Part shown: in pieces, positions 1 to 13,999 of the stretch
How the letters are laid out: the number at the start of each line of letters is the position of its first letter
How positions within the stretch are numbered: the first letter of the stretch is position 1
Assembly (NCBI RefSeq): GCF_009914755.1
Contig: NC_060925.1
Length of the DNA: 64,000 nucleotides
Strand: one strand, 5' to 3'
Origin: the human T2T-CHM13v2.0 reference genome, Homo sapiens
Notes under the pieces: model-generated
Database searches by the model: none
Told to the model about the DNA's origin: nothing
What the model saw: only the letters and a program-made list of their open reading frames with translations
Program-made: the position numbers and the translations under genes

Positions 1-518
1 GGGGAATTATTACCTGTAATTTAGGATGGCTGAAAACATTCACTATGTTAAAGGAGAAATAGTTACTAATAGAAGTAGTAAATATCTTTAGATACAATGG
101 TTTCTTAATATTTTCGTGCATTATTTAACTTTGACATATGAACTATTTTCTAAAACTTATGAAGGAAGAAAGATTTTCTTTCCTTTGATTGGCCATATAC
201 TGGCAGTGGAACTTGAAATGACTACTAATTACCACTTTAAATTATACGTTATCTGGCAAGAATTTATAGATTTTCTAGGAGGCTAATAGTTGGGGAATGA
301 AGTCGATTTTACGTATCTTTGCTCCCTGTTAATTGGAATTAAAAGTGATATTGAATGTGTGTAAATGTATTTCAGTATATTGACTAACTATTGTCTTGTG
401 ATTATAAGTTACAGACCCTTTCTGAACTTTGACCTTTTCATATATTTGCTATATTTCCAAATATTAGCTGTTATTGTTCTACTTCTATTCTATATATGGT
501 ATTTTTATATAAATGGCA

Positions 519-519
519 T

Positions 520-578
<59 letters not shown>
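519..578. repeat. compound (CA)n(TA)n(GA)n microsatellite
   Basis: Direct reading of consecutive CA, TA and GA dinucleotide runs. Confidence 0.95.
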
Positions 579-3500
579 AATCTCAAATTGTTTTGTGTTA
601 CCAATGATCTAGAAAGTTTGGAACTGTTTATAAAATAAAGGTTTTATTAGGTATATTGTCGCTGTTGTTTTTATTGCTTTTAAGTTTAGAGGCTTTTTTT
701 TTCGTCTTCAAATCATGTAAGCTAAAGTGAATATACTCATTTGGAGCCTTTCCCAATGTGTTAAACTTGCTTTAATAAGTTTATCAACTTTTAATGTATA
801 TTGTTACTCCTGTAACAGAGAAATTCTATTTTTAGCTTGGTTAGTTGTGTTGTCACATATTAATAAGTAACTTTACAGCTTATTAATTCTGAAGAAATTC
901 AAAAGTACTTCACTTGATTACACTGTCGTATTTCCAGTATTGAGAATAAGGCTTTCTAATGCCTCTTAATATTCAAATTGAACTCCAACATATGAAAATC
1001 ATTTTGCTTCCTATCAGAATACCAAGTACTCTTGCGTTTTAAAAATGCTTCTGCAAGTTCTTACTTTAGGCTGGGCATGATGGCATGAGTTTGAGGCCAG
1101 TCTGAACAACATAGCAAGATCCCATTTCTAAAAAAATTAATTTAATTAAAAAAATAAAATTTTACTTTGTAAAATTGTAAAATTTCACTTGGTAAACTTG
1201 TATGTATATTTCAATTAACTACCAATTATCTGTATATCTTGGCAGTGTCTTTTCTCAATCTTCAGTGAAAAAGTTTTTAAAAACTTGATTGCTGATAAAT
1301 TAGGGAAGGGAAAGTAATTTATTTTTAATAAAATACTATTCTAAATGTTTCAGATTTAGTTTTGTGTCATCACTAAATTATATTAAGTTACATCACTAAA
1401 GTAAATTAGTTTATTAAAGTTCTTTTTAAACTGAAGTCTCGGTAAAGAAGATCAACTATAGGACTTCTCCACATGTCAGGGAGAAGTAGAAATAAAGATG
1501 ATGAGACATGACCAATCCTGTGTCTTCTTGAAGCCAAAGATATTTGTTTAAATGAAGATTTGGATAAACTCCAAGGTAAACAAAAGGGCTATTAAGAAAA
1601 GGTAGGGAATTCTGGAAGGAGTGTGAAAGGACACCCTCTTCCACTACTTACTGGCCCCTCACTGTTCTTCAGTATCACGGCCACCTCTGGAGGCAGACAT
1701 AGGATGACCCGATGACAGCAATCCATCTCTGTTCCCAAAGGGTATTCTGCATCCCTTAAAACTGTGAGGGGTCAAGCCTTTGTTTCAGTACCTCATAAAC
1801 ACAAAATCTGAAATAAGTAAAATACAGTAAAATATGATATGCAAATCCATGAGTTTTGCAGGAAGACAGGTCCAAATGGCAGGAAAATCTCTTTCTGCTT
1901 TGACTGGAAGGAATGAAAACAGAAATGGTGATGAAATGCCTGCAAAGCATTAGGCAGTTTGGAAAGTCCCTGCAAATGTCCCTGTCCCCCATCCTCCAGA
2001 CCACCCCACACCATTATCACGACTAGCAACATGACCAGGTCACACAGATGTTTGACCATTTTTGTGGACTGCTCATTGATTAGCATTATGTGACAGAAGT
2101 ATTCCGAGGCAGCTTACTGCTTACTGTAGAAGGTGCTGGTTTTCAGCGAAGATAGTCAAGTGGTTTGGAAGGGGAAAGAATTATCTTAGCCGGAATCTAG
2201 ACACTGATTCTACTCATTCTGATACTACATTAATTCTGCTTTGCAAAGGGGAAAGAATATTCCTTCTTATTTGACTCCTAAATGAACTTCTTTCACTATT
2301 TTGAGGGCCCAACATCCCACACACCCCAGGCCAGTGCGGAAACCCCCTAAAGGAAGCAGTTCCTCTTCTTTTTGGATAACTGGCCAGATTTTTTTCCAGG
2401 AAATCTCTAGGATTCATTTTGTTTTTTTACATATGACTTTTATGTTGTATTCAAGATACCCAAACTCTAAGTAATGTAAGTTTATTAGATTGCAAAACAT
2501 TGCAACTGTTTTAAAACTCCATATTAGTGTCATGACAGGAAACCGTAACTGATTTTTAAAATACTTGAATTGGGAAAAATTAAGTCTCATGGAGAGTGAT
2601 TCTCTTCTCTTGCATCCACCTGCATGGTCTCTACCATGCCCCTACACTTGCTATGTGTTCTTGGCAATACCCCAGGAGGTTCAGACAATAGCTCATCAAC
2701 ACTGAGAACCACAACTTGCAGATGTGGTAGCCCCATTTACACAATGGCAATTGCTTTGTGCTGGAGCAAGGATCTCATCCACAACCTATGGTCTAAGGGT
2801 AACTTGTGCATAAATAGAATTCTGCTGTAAGGCAGGAGGACTAGAGATGGTTTAGAATGGCTTGATATCAATCTCCTTTATAATTCAGCAGAAGCTAGGA
2901 AGTTCCAAAGCTGATCATGGAAACAGATACTATCTTAGGATAAATCATAGATTGGGAAACATTTTGCTAAGGACTTCTGGTTGGTGCATTCTGGTTGCTG
3001 TTGACAGCAAACATACCCTCTCTTCTTGATCTATCTGCAGTAATGGCCCCTTATACCTTTCTAATATTCATCATTACTTTTATTTTTGTCCCTCTGTTTA
3101 TTCTTGATCATTCTCACTGGTCATTTGACAAATTAATTAGATTTTTTAAGAACCCAACTTGGCTCCTGTTTTTGATGTCACTGATTTTTTGTTTTAATTT
3201 TACTATCTCCTTTCTTCGGATTTTTTTTTCTGACCTCTTAAGACAATATATCTAATATCTCTTTCTAAAACCCGCATTAGCTGTATCCCATAAATTTTAA
3301 TGTTTTTTTCTCCTATGGCTCAGTTTGAAAAACACACTAATATATGTTCGTTTCTATTATGATTTTTTTCTGCCCTATGTATAAGTTAGACATGTCTATC
3401 TTAATTTTCAAACATACAGTTTTTAAAAAGTATTTATTGATTATTAATTTCTAGCTCAATGGCGTAGAGATCAGAGAACATATTCCACATGATTTCAATC

Positions 3501-3959
3501 TTTGAAGTTTTTCGAGACTTGCCCTATGATCTAGCTTGCAATCAATTTTTGTACATTAGCTTTCTGTATCTGAAAAAGGATGTCTTCTGCATTTATCAGG
3601 CGCAGTGTTCTATAAGTTCCCTATGCCTTGCAAGTTAATCATGTATAAATTTTCAATTTATTTGCTAATTTTATCAACTTATTCTATCAATTATCAACAG
3701 ATAAAATGTATCTGTGAATTTAAATTTGCATTGTAAATTTGTCTGTTTCTTCTTGTAGTTCTGTTGAATTTGTCTTAAATGTTTTGAAGATACACTATTA
3801 TATGTAGAAAAACTTAAAATTATTATATCATCTAAGTGAACTGTTCTTAAATTTTCTTTTGTCAACAATTGATATAATTACATATATCTTTTACTACTGT
3901 TTACATAACATATCTTTTTCCATTACTGATTTTCAAGTTTTCTTTATCTTTAGGGTTTT

Positions 3960-4670
3960 TTAAATACAGTTTTATTAAACCATAATTCATATACCATGCA
4001 ATTCATCCATTTAAAGTATGCAATTCAATGACTTTTAGTATATTTACAAATACATTTAGTCATTACTAGAGTCCATTTTAGAACATTTTCATCACCTGAA
4101 GAATACTCTTTTAGTGTCATCCTCTATCCACTCCCTATTATCCATCCTCCCTTTATACTCCCCTCCGCTGCTAAGCAATCACTGATCTATTTCCTGTCTC
4201 TATAGATTTTCCTGTTGCAGACTTTCACGTGAATGGAATCATATAATGTGTGGACTTTTGTTATTGGCTTCCTCCAGTTAGCATAATGTTTTCATGCCTC
4301 ATCCAAGTTGTAACATATCAGTACATCATTCCATCTTATGGTTTTTTCCGTTATATGGATGTACACACTTTGTTTATCCATCAATCCGTTGATTGACATT
4401 TGAGTCATCTCTACCTTTTGACTGTTATGAATAATGCTGCTATGAACATTCATGTACAAGTTTTTGTGTGAACATATGCTTTCATTTCTATTGGGTATTT
4501 ACCTAGGAGAGGAATTGCTGGGTTTAATCATTTGAGAAACTACCAGATTGCTTTCCAAAGTACCTGCACCATTTGATATTCCTGCCAGCAGTGTACAAGG
4601 GTTCCAGTTTCACTACATCCTCATCAGCACTTTTTATTATCTGATTGTTTAATTTCAGCCATCCTGGTGA
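3960..4670 (-). mobile_element. old LINE-1 (L1M-type) 3' end fragment, within a larger L1M-rich region ~3000-6100
   Basis: Antisense L1M 3'UTR motifs (caattcatccatttaaagt, tgaatggaatcatataatg, aataatgctgctatgaacatt, ggaattgctggg). Confidence 0.75.
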
Positions 4671-4827
4671 GCTTTGATTTCTGTTTCTAGTGGCCCGAAA
4701 TTCTACAAGAATCAAAGCTCAAATTCTCCCACACCCCTAAAATGACCTAGTAGATTTCCACTTTCTCTTTTATGTTGCCCTAATAATTTCTCTTATACAT
4801 TCTGATTATATATATTTATAGGGATAT

Positions 4828-4952
4828 CTAGATAGATGATAGATAGATAGATATATAGATAGATAGGCAGGATGGATGGACAGATAGGATAGATAGATCG
4901 ATCTAAACACACACACACACACACACACATACACACACACACACACACACAC
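4828..4952. repeat. (GATA)n-like plus (CA)n microsatellite
   Basis: tagatagatgatagatagatag... followed by a long CA run. Confidence 0.9.
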
Positions 4953-6090
4953 GTATTTCAGCACTTAGGGTTGTTTTCAGTGGAATAATTCATCCAGTTA
5001 ACCTAGGACATAACATTACTGAAAATAGAATTCCATTCTTTTACCCATTTTAATTGGTATATCGTTCCTATGGGTATGTAGCAGTTCTTCACATGTTCTA
5101 CATAACAGTCTCCTTTTTAGTTATATGTATTGCAGATGACTTATGTCTTATGTAAGTCATGTGGTTGTGCTCTTGTAATAATATATTTTAACAAATGAAG
5201 TTTTTAGTGTTAATATACTTGAATCCATCAAACTTTTCCTTTATCATTTGCATTTTCATGTCTATTATAAGAAATATTTCCTTACCCCAAGGTCATAAAA
5301 GTACTCTCATATATAGGTTCTTCTACATTTTTTAATGTCTTACCTTTCATGTTTAAGCCATCATCCATTGGGAATAGAATTAATATGTATGAGGTTTGGA
5401 TTGATTTTATTATTCCATTATATGTAATGAATTGTCCCCAAATTATTTGTTGAATAGTCTCTCTCATCTTTCACCAGCAATCTTCAGCACTACCCATGCC
5501 ATGAAGCTACTTTCTATATATGAGGTCTTTCTCTTTTTTCTTATTAATCTATTTTTCTACTCATTCATCAATACCACACTATCCTAAATATTAAGAATTT
5601 AGGTCTTGATACCTACTAGAACAAGTATCAGGAAGTGTCACTTTTACTGTTTGTGTCCCTTTGCTATGATGTATTTTAGAACGACATTGTCAGGTTCCTT
5701 TAAAAATGTTAAATTTTGACAAAAATTGCATTGACTATACATTTGATCAGTTTGTAGAGAGCTCATATATTTTTTAATCAAGTTGTCCTGTACATGAATG
5801 TGCTTATTTCTTGATTTATTTAGGTCACATTCACTTTACCTGAATAAAATGTTATAATTTTCTCCATAAAGATTCTTCAACTATTCTGTTAGATTTATTC
5901 CTATTACGCACTTTTAGTAAGCATCCTCTTCTTAAGATTTAAAATGAGCTCAGTTTAAAACAAAATGCTTCTAATATTTTACCATAAGGAAAGATATTTG
6001 CTGCAGGTATTTTTTGCAAATATCTTTATAGGGCTAAGGGAACTCTTTTCTATTTCTCTGTAGTTTAAAGGGCTTTTAAAAATCGGTTAA

Positions 6091-6404
<314 letters not shown>

Positions 6405-6460
6405 AAATCTTTTATGAGTTTATGTTTGTGGTAGATTTTAATCTGTTGAAAACTATCTTT

Positions 6461-6712
6461 GTAATCCTAGCACTTTGAGGACATGGCAGGAGGATTGCTT
6501 GAGGCCAGGAGTTTGAGACCAGCCTGGGCAACAAGGGAAACCCTGTCTCTACAGAAATCTTTAAAAATAGCCATGCATGGTGGCATGTGCCTGTAGTCCC
6601 AGCTACTGTGGTGAGGCAAGAGGATCACTTGAGCCCAGGAGTTCGAGGCTGCAGTGAGCTATGATAGTGATACTGCACTCCAGCCTGGGCAACACAGCAA
6701 GATACTGTCTCT
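6461..6712 (+). mobile_element. Alu (AluJ-like), 5'-truncated
   Basis: gtaatcctagcactttg...gaggattgcttgaggccaggagtttgagacc...gcagtgagctatgat. Confidence 0.88.
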
Positions 6713-7104
6713 AACAAAACAATACAAAAAAACTGAAGGATGGTTCCTCTGAAGAAGAATGTGTTTCCTTCAGTTAGAAGCCAGAGGACCACAACAGCAC
6801 TCGGCTTAATTCAAGTATCTTAAGTCAAATTGCCTACCTTGTGCAACTCCCTGCATATAAAGCTTAGTCAATTGTAGTAAAAATTAACACAGGACAACCT
6901 CCTTTGTGTACACCTACAAATCACTGCTCCAATTTTAGTTCCATTTACCTTTTTTTCAAAATTGTCCCCATTGGCACCAACATGTATGTACTCTGGATTT
7001 TGTTTATTATAAACAACTACAAAATCCTTTTGATGTATGTCTAATGTCTTAAGCATATTACAGGATGAAAACTCTGTGCAGAATCCCCATTTTCTCATGA
7101 GATT

Positions 7105-7750
7105 TGTGTATTTATTCATTCAAAAAATTTCTATGAAGTGTCTACCATGGATCAGGCAATATTCATGGAACTAGGGGGCTCGAACATAGAGAAACAGACA
7201 GACAAAAAAACAAAATATTTCCTTCATGGATCTTACATTGTAAGAGAGACAAACACAAATGAGGTCATTGTAAAATATATAATGTGTTCAATGGAGCTAA
7301 GTAGTAAGAGAAGAAAAATAGACCAAAGAAGGGGATATGAATGGAAAGGGAGGTAAAAGTGTAAGAGGATATCTAGGAAAGATCTCACTGAGAAGGTATC
7401 TTCGAGTAAAGACTAGAATGAAATGAGGGAGCTGGCCACTGGGGCTATTCAGGAGAAAAACAATCTGGACAGAGCAAACAAGACCCTCCGAGGGCAAAGG
7501 ACCCCAGTCAGAGTGCAAAGAATACTAGAGCAGCAAAGGCCATTGTGGCCAGAGGGAGAAAAGAAGGAGAAAAGGGTCAAAGATGAACTCAGAGAAGTTA
7601 AAGGAAAGCAGATCACATTGGACTGAATGGATCATAGTTATGACATTGCCTTCTACTTTGAATGAGATAGGAAATTATTGGAGGGTTTGGAGCAGAAGGC
7701 AGTGATTTCTTTTTTCCTGACAAACATGTAAACAGGATCACTGCAAGATA
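7105..7750 (-). mobile_element. LINE-2 3' fragment
   Basis: Begins with the attcattcaa L2 tail and continues with typical purine-rich antisense L2 sequence. Confidence 0.6.
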
Positions 7751-7869
7751 CTAGACACCAACACACTCATCTACAGAGGAGTTAAGTTTTTGTGTTGCTG
7801 AGAAGTGTTTATTAATAAAAATATATTTGGGAAATTTATGAGGGCAGACAAGAATAAGCATGAAAAGAA

Positions 7870-10130
7870 TCATGAATCTAACTGTAAAATAAATGAAACA
7901 ATACACGTGCAAGAAGAAAACATGGATGAATTATTGTGTAACCTGGAGAATGGTTTTTAAAACCATGGCTCCTAATCCAGATGCAATAAAAGAAAAGATT
8001 TATCAACTTGACTGCATTAAAACAGACAATGCTTACAAGGCAAAACGATGCCATAAACAAAGTCAAAAGACAACTGACAAACTGGGAGGAAACATTTGCA
8101 AAACACATCCAGAATAACAATCCTAATATATATAAATAAGTCTCAAACATTGAGAGAGGAAAAGGCAAATATACATGATAAAAATATATTTTATAAATGT
8201 TCAGCGTTACTCATAGGGAATGCAAATTAAAGCTACACTGAGATAAAATGTCTCATTTATTAGACTGACTAAAATTTAAAACCATGATGACAGCACATTA
8301 GATTAATGAGGTGCTCTCACACAGTTTTGTAGGAATATATGTGGTACAATTCTTATTAAGGAAATTTGGCAATATCTAACAAACCTACATATGTGTTTAC
8401 CATTTGACCCAGCAATCCCACTTCTAGGAATTTGAACTGAAGACATGCTTCTAACAGCAGAAAAATAAATATTCACAAAGTTACTCTTTAGAGCATTAAA
8501 AACAACCAAACTGTCCATACATAGGGAGATGGTTGAATAAACTATGGCATATCCACACAGTGAAGTATTGCATGCAACTGTAAAAATGAATGAGGAATAT
8601 TTGAATTTGTAGGAAATAGTGGATTCCAGCATATTTGTTAAGTTAAAAAAGAAATGTGCAAAAGAATACCTATAGCATGCTTTTAAAATGTAATAAAAAA
8701 GGAGAACTAAGAAGACAAATGTGTAGCAGCTCATTTGAGCAAAACTAAGGACAAACCAGAAACTACTGAAATTGAGTACCTATGGTGGAGAGGATAGAGG
8801 TGATGGAGAGAAGTGTCATTTCCCTTTTATTGTGTCTTTTTATATCAATCTGACATTTGGGACTATGTTAATGTTTTATTTAAGCAAAAAAAAAATCAAA
8901 AAGATTGAGGGGAAACTAAAATAGAATACAAAGAGAAACAAATTAACAGTATTTTGAATGAATAACAATCACACTGAAGAGGGGGAATAATCTGAGTAAC
9001 TTTGGAACACAACAATGCTGTTTTTATATTTTCGGGCTATAAACAAAATAAAACTTTAAAAACGAGTAGATTTGATTTCCATCATAGTATAGAAATAGCA
9101 ATTTTAAACTTCTTTCTGTGTATTCTAGGATTAAGCAAATAAGTAAATATATTGTGGATCTAGGTGTCTCACTGTTGAAGAAGGGAGTTACACATGCAGA
9201 AAGAGGGAAGGACAGAATGAACTCTATGCTAACGGACTGAAATTGGAAGAATCACTGTGAATTCATGACATATATAAATATAGATATGGGAATGGATATA
9301 CATATATATATATAATACATATCCTTGCTCTGTCTGCTGAGAGGGTGCGGAAACAATGATACTCCAATAAAAATGAACACACTTAGCATCCAATTCTGGC
9401 ATCTAAATGCCATTCTCTGCCAGAAAGAACCAGCATTCCTTGGAGAAACAGCAAATTCCAGTGTCAGGTCTAGAGGTGAGTCTGGAGCATTTTTTTTTGT
9501 GTGTGTGCCAGAAAGTAAGGAAGTGCTCAAAGAACAATAAGAACAAGTCAAAATGACATAGGAACTATTTTGAGGGCTCCCACTGGCCCGATCAGGGAGA
9601 ATTTAAGCATCAAAATAAATAATGGTAGCCATGAATTATGACCCATTGAGTAAATAAATAAAATTCATATTGATATAGTTTATGCTGATATAGATAAATG
9701 AATAAATAAATAGAGAAGGGAAAACTTTTATTTACAGTAAAATGCCAACAGATGAATATAGAAGTAATTATTAAATTAGGAAAAAACACCCTTTGACAAC
9801 CATCATAGTAAAAATTGATTCAAGAAAGGATCATCAATAGACGCTAAAATTTGTGGGTAAAAATTTGATGAAAAAATGAGGAATTTACATAGTTTTAAAG
9901 TATCTCCCTATAAAATACTTATTAATTACAAAGGGAAAAATACTGAGTCTACACTAAGAAACATGGCAGGCACCATCTTAACTAAGTGATCAAAGTTACC
10001 ACCACCAGTAATAGGACAAATAGACAACATATGCCTCCCCGTAAGGATAAGACATCCTTTCTGGTATTCCTGTCAAATAATTAGATTCAATAACCTGAAT
10101 CTATCATGAAGAAATGATAGACAAATCCAA
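7870..10130 (+). mobile_element. old LINE-1 (L1MC/ME-type) ORF2 end and 3'UTR fragments
   Basis: catttgacccagcaatcccacttctaggaat, gggaatgcaaattaaagctacactgag and other L1M motifs; no open ORF. Confidence 0.7.
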
Positions 10131-10132
10131 AT

Positions 10133-10602
10133 TGTGGGGTGTGATCCTGTCTCCTGACATTACCATCCACGTATACTGCCCTCCTACACTGAAAAGGGCT
10201 GATCTGTACAATCAATTGGATATTCTGGAGTTAACATATTGTGATTTCTGAGGACAGGTCACAAAGGACATTATGGCTTCTTCTTTCTTGTTCTCAGAGA
10301 CGCTAGCTGGCATGTCACGAGGACACTCAACACACAAGCAGCGAGCCCTATGGCAAAATCCACGTGGTGAAGAATGAAGCTTCCAGCCAAAGGCTGGTAA
10401 GTGAGCCATCTTAGATGTGGATTCGCCTATCCCAGTTAACCCTTCAGATGACTGCACCTCCAGCTGGTGTCTTAACTGCAATCTCCTGAGCGATCCCAAG
10501 CCAGAACCACCTGACCGACCCACAGAAACTGTGAGATCATAAATGTTTATTCTTGCTTTACACCACTACCTTCAGGGTAATTTGTTATTATAATAGATAA
10601 CG
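10133..10602 (+). mobile_element. MaLR LTR (MLT1E/F-like) inserted in L1M
   Basis: 3' end cccacagaaactgtgagatcataaatgttt...ggtaatttgttattataatagataac typical of MLT1. Confidence 0.7.
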
Positions 10603-11160
10603 GACTTAAAAGTCATTCTCCAAAAATAATTGTGGTGTATTCGTCAAAAATGTAAAGGTCATGCAATACCAAAAATGCTGAGGACATTTTTCCAGAATAA
10701 AGAACTGGGGGTGGGGGGAAGGCATAATGATCAAACACAATACATGATCCTGAAATGATTCTGGACCAGGAAAAACAAAGGTTGGTTTCTATTGTTGTTA
10801 TTGTTTTTACCATAACACAGGTTATTGAGATGATTGTCAAAATTTAAATACAGATGGTAGCTTATAGTCTTGTGTCAATGTTAAGTTCTTATTTTTGATC
10901 ATTGCACTCTAGTTATGGAACAGAAAGTCCTTAGTGAACCATTTAGAATAGGAATAAATGCTAGATGGTTCCAAAGTAATAATTATATAATTATAATTAT
11001 ATAATCACATATATGTACATATATGTCTATAGAGAAAGAATAGAGAATGGTAAAGAAAATACAGCAAAATGTTAACATGCAGAGAATCTGGGTGACAAGT
11101 ATATGGGAATTCTCTGCAGTACTCTTGAAACTTTTCTGTAGAGATTACTTCAAAATAAAG
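10603..11160 (+). mobile_element. L1MC-type 3' terminus
   Basis: aaaatgttaacat..gagaatctgggtg..atatgggaattctctgcagtactcttgaaacttttctgta...aaaataaa resembles the L1M terminus. Confidence 0.7.
11105..11114 (+). promoter_or_regulatory. CR2: NF-kB-like site GGGAATTCTC about 0.5 kb upstream of the CR2 TSS
   Basis: One mismatch to GGGRNNYYCC; position agrees with my recollection of a distal NF-kB element in the CR2 promoter. Confidence 0.6.
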
Positions 11161-11562
11161 AACAGAGCAGAAGTGGCTGCTGTTCCTAAATTCCCTAAGT
11201 AAACTTACACTGCTTTTTCAAACTGGGAGATGAATCCACTAATAGGTTTTGAAATGAGTTTGGTGGATTTCTAATAAGAATAGGATAGCCTAGCCTAGTC
11301 TAGCATAACACAGCATGGCACAGAGGACGAACATTGTAGATTACTAAGGGTGAGTACTAACTTGTGAAAGTTTTGTTTAAGTTCTAGTAAGAGAAACAAG
11401 TGAGTGTAGTGGGTTGCGTGGTCAAAAAAGTGGGGAAGCCACCGCAACGAGGGGTGAGTCTGAGCCAAAGAGTGGCTCAGAGCTCCCCGCCCACCTCGTG
11501 CCGGGCCGTCCCTCCCGCTTGTCCCACCCTCACCGGCGCCGCGTCAGCCCCCAGGCCGCCTG

Positions 11563-11606
11563 CAGGTGTGCGCTCAGAACTAGCACGTGTGCCGGACACT
11601 ATTTAA
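11563..11606 (+). promoter_or_regulatory. CR2: CR2 core promoter: E-boxes CAGGTG (11563-11568) and CACGTG (11584-11589), TATA-like TATTTAA (11600-11606)
   Basis: Motifs read directly ~115-155 nt upstream of the ATG; GC-box-like sequences upstream; TSS inferred at ~11630-11640. Confidence 0.8.
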
Positions 11607-11719
11607 GGGCCCGCCTCTCCTGGCTCACAGCTGCTTGCTGCTCCAGCCTTGCCCTCCCAGAGCTGCCGGACGCTCGCGGGTCTCGGAACGCATCCCGCCG
11701 CGGGGGCTTCGGCCGTGGC

Positions 11720-11777
11720 ATGGGCGCCGCGGGCCTGCTCGGGGTTTTCTTGGCTCTCGTCGCACCGGGGGTCCTCG
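11720..11777 (+). CDS. CR2: CR2 exon 1 coding part (signal peptide MGAAGLLGVFLALVAPGVL-G)
   Basis: ATG in good Kozak context (ggcATGg), hydrophobic leader, donor G|GTGAG. Confidence 0.98.
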
Positions 11778-13999
11778 GTGAGCTGGGAGGGGGAGCACGG
11801 AGGTGGGGACGCGTCCCGGGCAGGGAAAGTTTCTGTGCCGCGATGCAAAGCAGGGGGCCAAAAGCGAGACGGTGGGGGCAGTGCTCGACGCGTGTCCGCC
11901 TCCCGCTAGCTTTGAGGGACCACTGCAATAAACCGCCTGGTCCTGATTGTCCCCACTGGCCCCTCCGGGAGCTGGGACCTCCAGAATTGGAGGCTGCGCC
12001 ACAGAGGGGCGCTGTCTGGTCGGCCCGGTGTGGCTGGCGGCGTGCGGGTGCTCGCGGTCTCCTGCCGGGCTCCCCGCCCCCAGGATTCTGCAGGTGCTCA
12101 TCGCTCTCTGGCCGGCGGTCAGCGCTACCGCTCGCCACGGGAAACCTACCCACTGCATGAGGCACCAGCTAGCCACGTGAGGCTGTTTCTGTACACCCGA
12201 ACCGCGCTCTTGCCCAGCAAAAGCGGCAGAACCTCGGCTCCCTTCCCTAAATAAGAGTAAGACCTGGTTCCCAAGCATGGGTCTCAGATTTTCTGAACTC
12301 TAATGTGATATTGGTAGAGATCCTAAACATTAACCATCCGTAGTTATTTTTGAGACATGGATTAAAACTATTGTTTTCTTCTTGTTATTAACCTACTGTA
12401 ATGGTGTGGACGTCCGCAAAGGTCTCATTCACCGTTTATTATATCTTTTTTTCCTCCAGATTGGCTTGATTTTAAAGAAAGATTATAATTAAGATTAGCG
12501 TCTCTTGGCTACAGGATGGGTCTAAGTTTCTAATTATCTCCACGGTACCGTGCATTCCTAGTTTATAAGACGTTTACTGTGTGCAGACCTCAATAACTGG
12601 GTGACTTTTGGCAAGTCATTTAGCTCCCTGATCTTCAGTTTCTTCATCTGTAAAATGAAACTAGTGATTAACTGGCCTTCCACCTCACTGAGCTGCCCTG
12701 AGCACAGATGAAACTAAGCAAAGAAAGTTGGATGTTAGTCGTTACTACTAAATATCAGTAATAAGCCTCCTGTACAGACTTGATTTTATGGAGCCAGCAT
12801 TTAAGCTAACAAGCTGGGTGTCCAATTGTTTCTATGGACATCCAGCTTATTGAGGTGTCTGGAATACAGCACATATTAGTTTATTACAACTTTTTGCTTT
12901 CCTGACATTTTACTGTCTCCTGACCCTTAAACCTTTCTCCAGACCATTATCTTCATCTCTTTTCTTTTTCTGCATATTAACTCCCTTTGAACAAATGTAT
13001 ATTCACACTTTTTCTAAGAGCAGAGTACGTCCCTGACTTCTCACCTATTTCTAAATTTCAAAGAGGATATTATCAACTGAAAATCAAATTCTTCACCAGT
13101 CCTGCCAATTCAGGGCCACAGCAGCAGCATCATGTAGGTCACTTAACTGGAGCCCCATGAAATACCAGGTCTACCTATCAGCCATTCAAGCTACTGTGCT
13201 TCTGTTGTTTGTCCATTTCTCATTTTTGTACCAGTATTCCCATCCTAAGCATTATAATTACCTGTGTAACAACCTCATCTCTTTTAAGAGATTTTGGTTC
13301 TTATGATTGGAAAGGTTAAAGAGTGACCTATAGGTCACTTTCCAATTATGAAAACAAAAAATTAAGAAATACATATATTTTCATTATTTCACTCCATTGT
13401 TCAAAAATCTAAAAGGCCTCCAGTGGAAGAAAATCTGGTGTCTTCAGCCTTTCTAGCCCTTTGGAATGGAATCTCACCGAAGCTCACACCCCCTGATTTC
13501 TCCAGCTGCCTGTCTTGTATGCGCTGCTCATGGTCTTCCCCACCTGTCTCCCATGGCTCATGCTTTGCCCACTCTCCACTGCTAACTTTTACTGCTACTG
13601 CATGCTCTCCACACATCATCTCTTGGCCAGTTCCTGCACTTGAGTGTGCTTAATAAACTACTAAAGTACCTTTATAAAATGTAGGTTCCTGGTTCCACCT
13701 CCCCCTCCAGAGGTTCATAGGTTTGGAGTTAGCACAGGAAAGCTGAGGTTTAACAATCACTCTAGAAGATTCTGCAACAAGTATCTATAGGGCACACTGC
13801 TATAAGCAAAGTCAATGGAAGCAAATTTCCTTTTTAGTGTTTTCCTATTTTTCCTTTTGTCTATTTGCATAAACAGTTTCAAATTTCCTACACTTCTAGA
13901 TTTTACTCAAGCCTTCAGTGGCCACCTAACTTTATCCTATGCTGAGAAAACAAAACCATGAAACAAGAATGCTCCCATTTTCTAATCAGCTACAAACCT

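Larger units (their letters stand above)
11440..12250. promoter_or_regulatory. CR2: CpG island spanning the CR2 promoter, exon 1 and proximal intron 1
   Basis: Abrupt GC- and CpG-rich segment in an AT-rich background. Confidence 0.92.

Noticed and set aside
11400-12278. Many long overlapping ORFs on both strands (up to 248 aa) around CR2 exon 1
   Set aside because: Stop-codon scarcity in a CpG island; only 11720-11777 matches the real leader.
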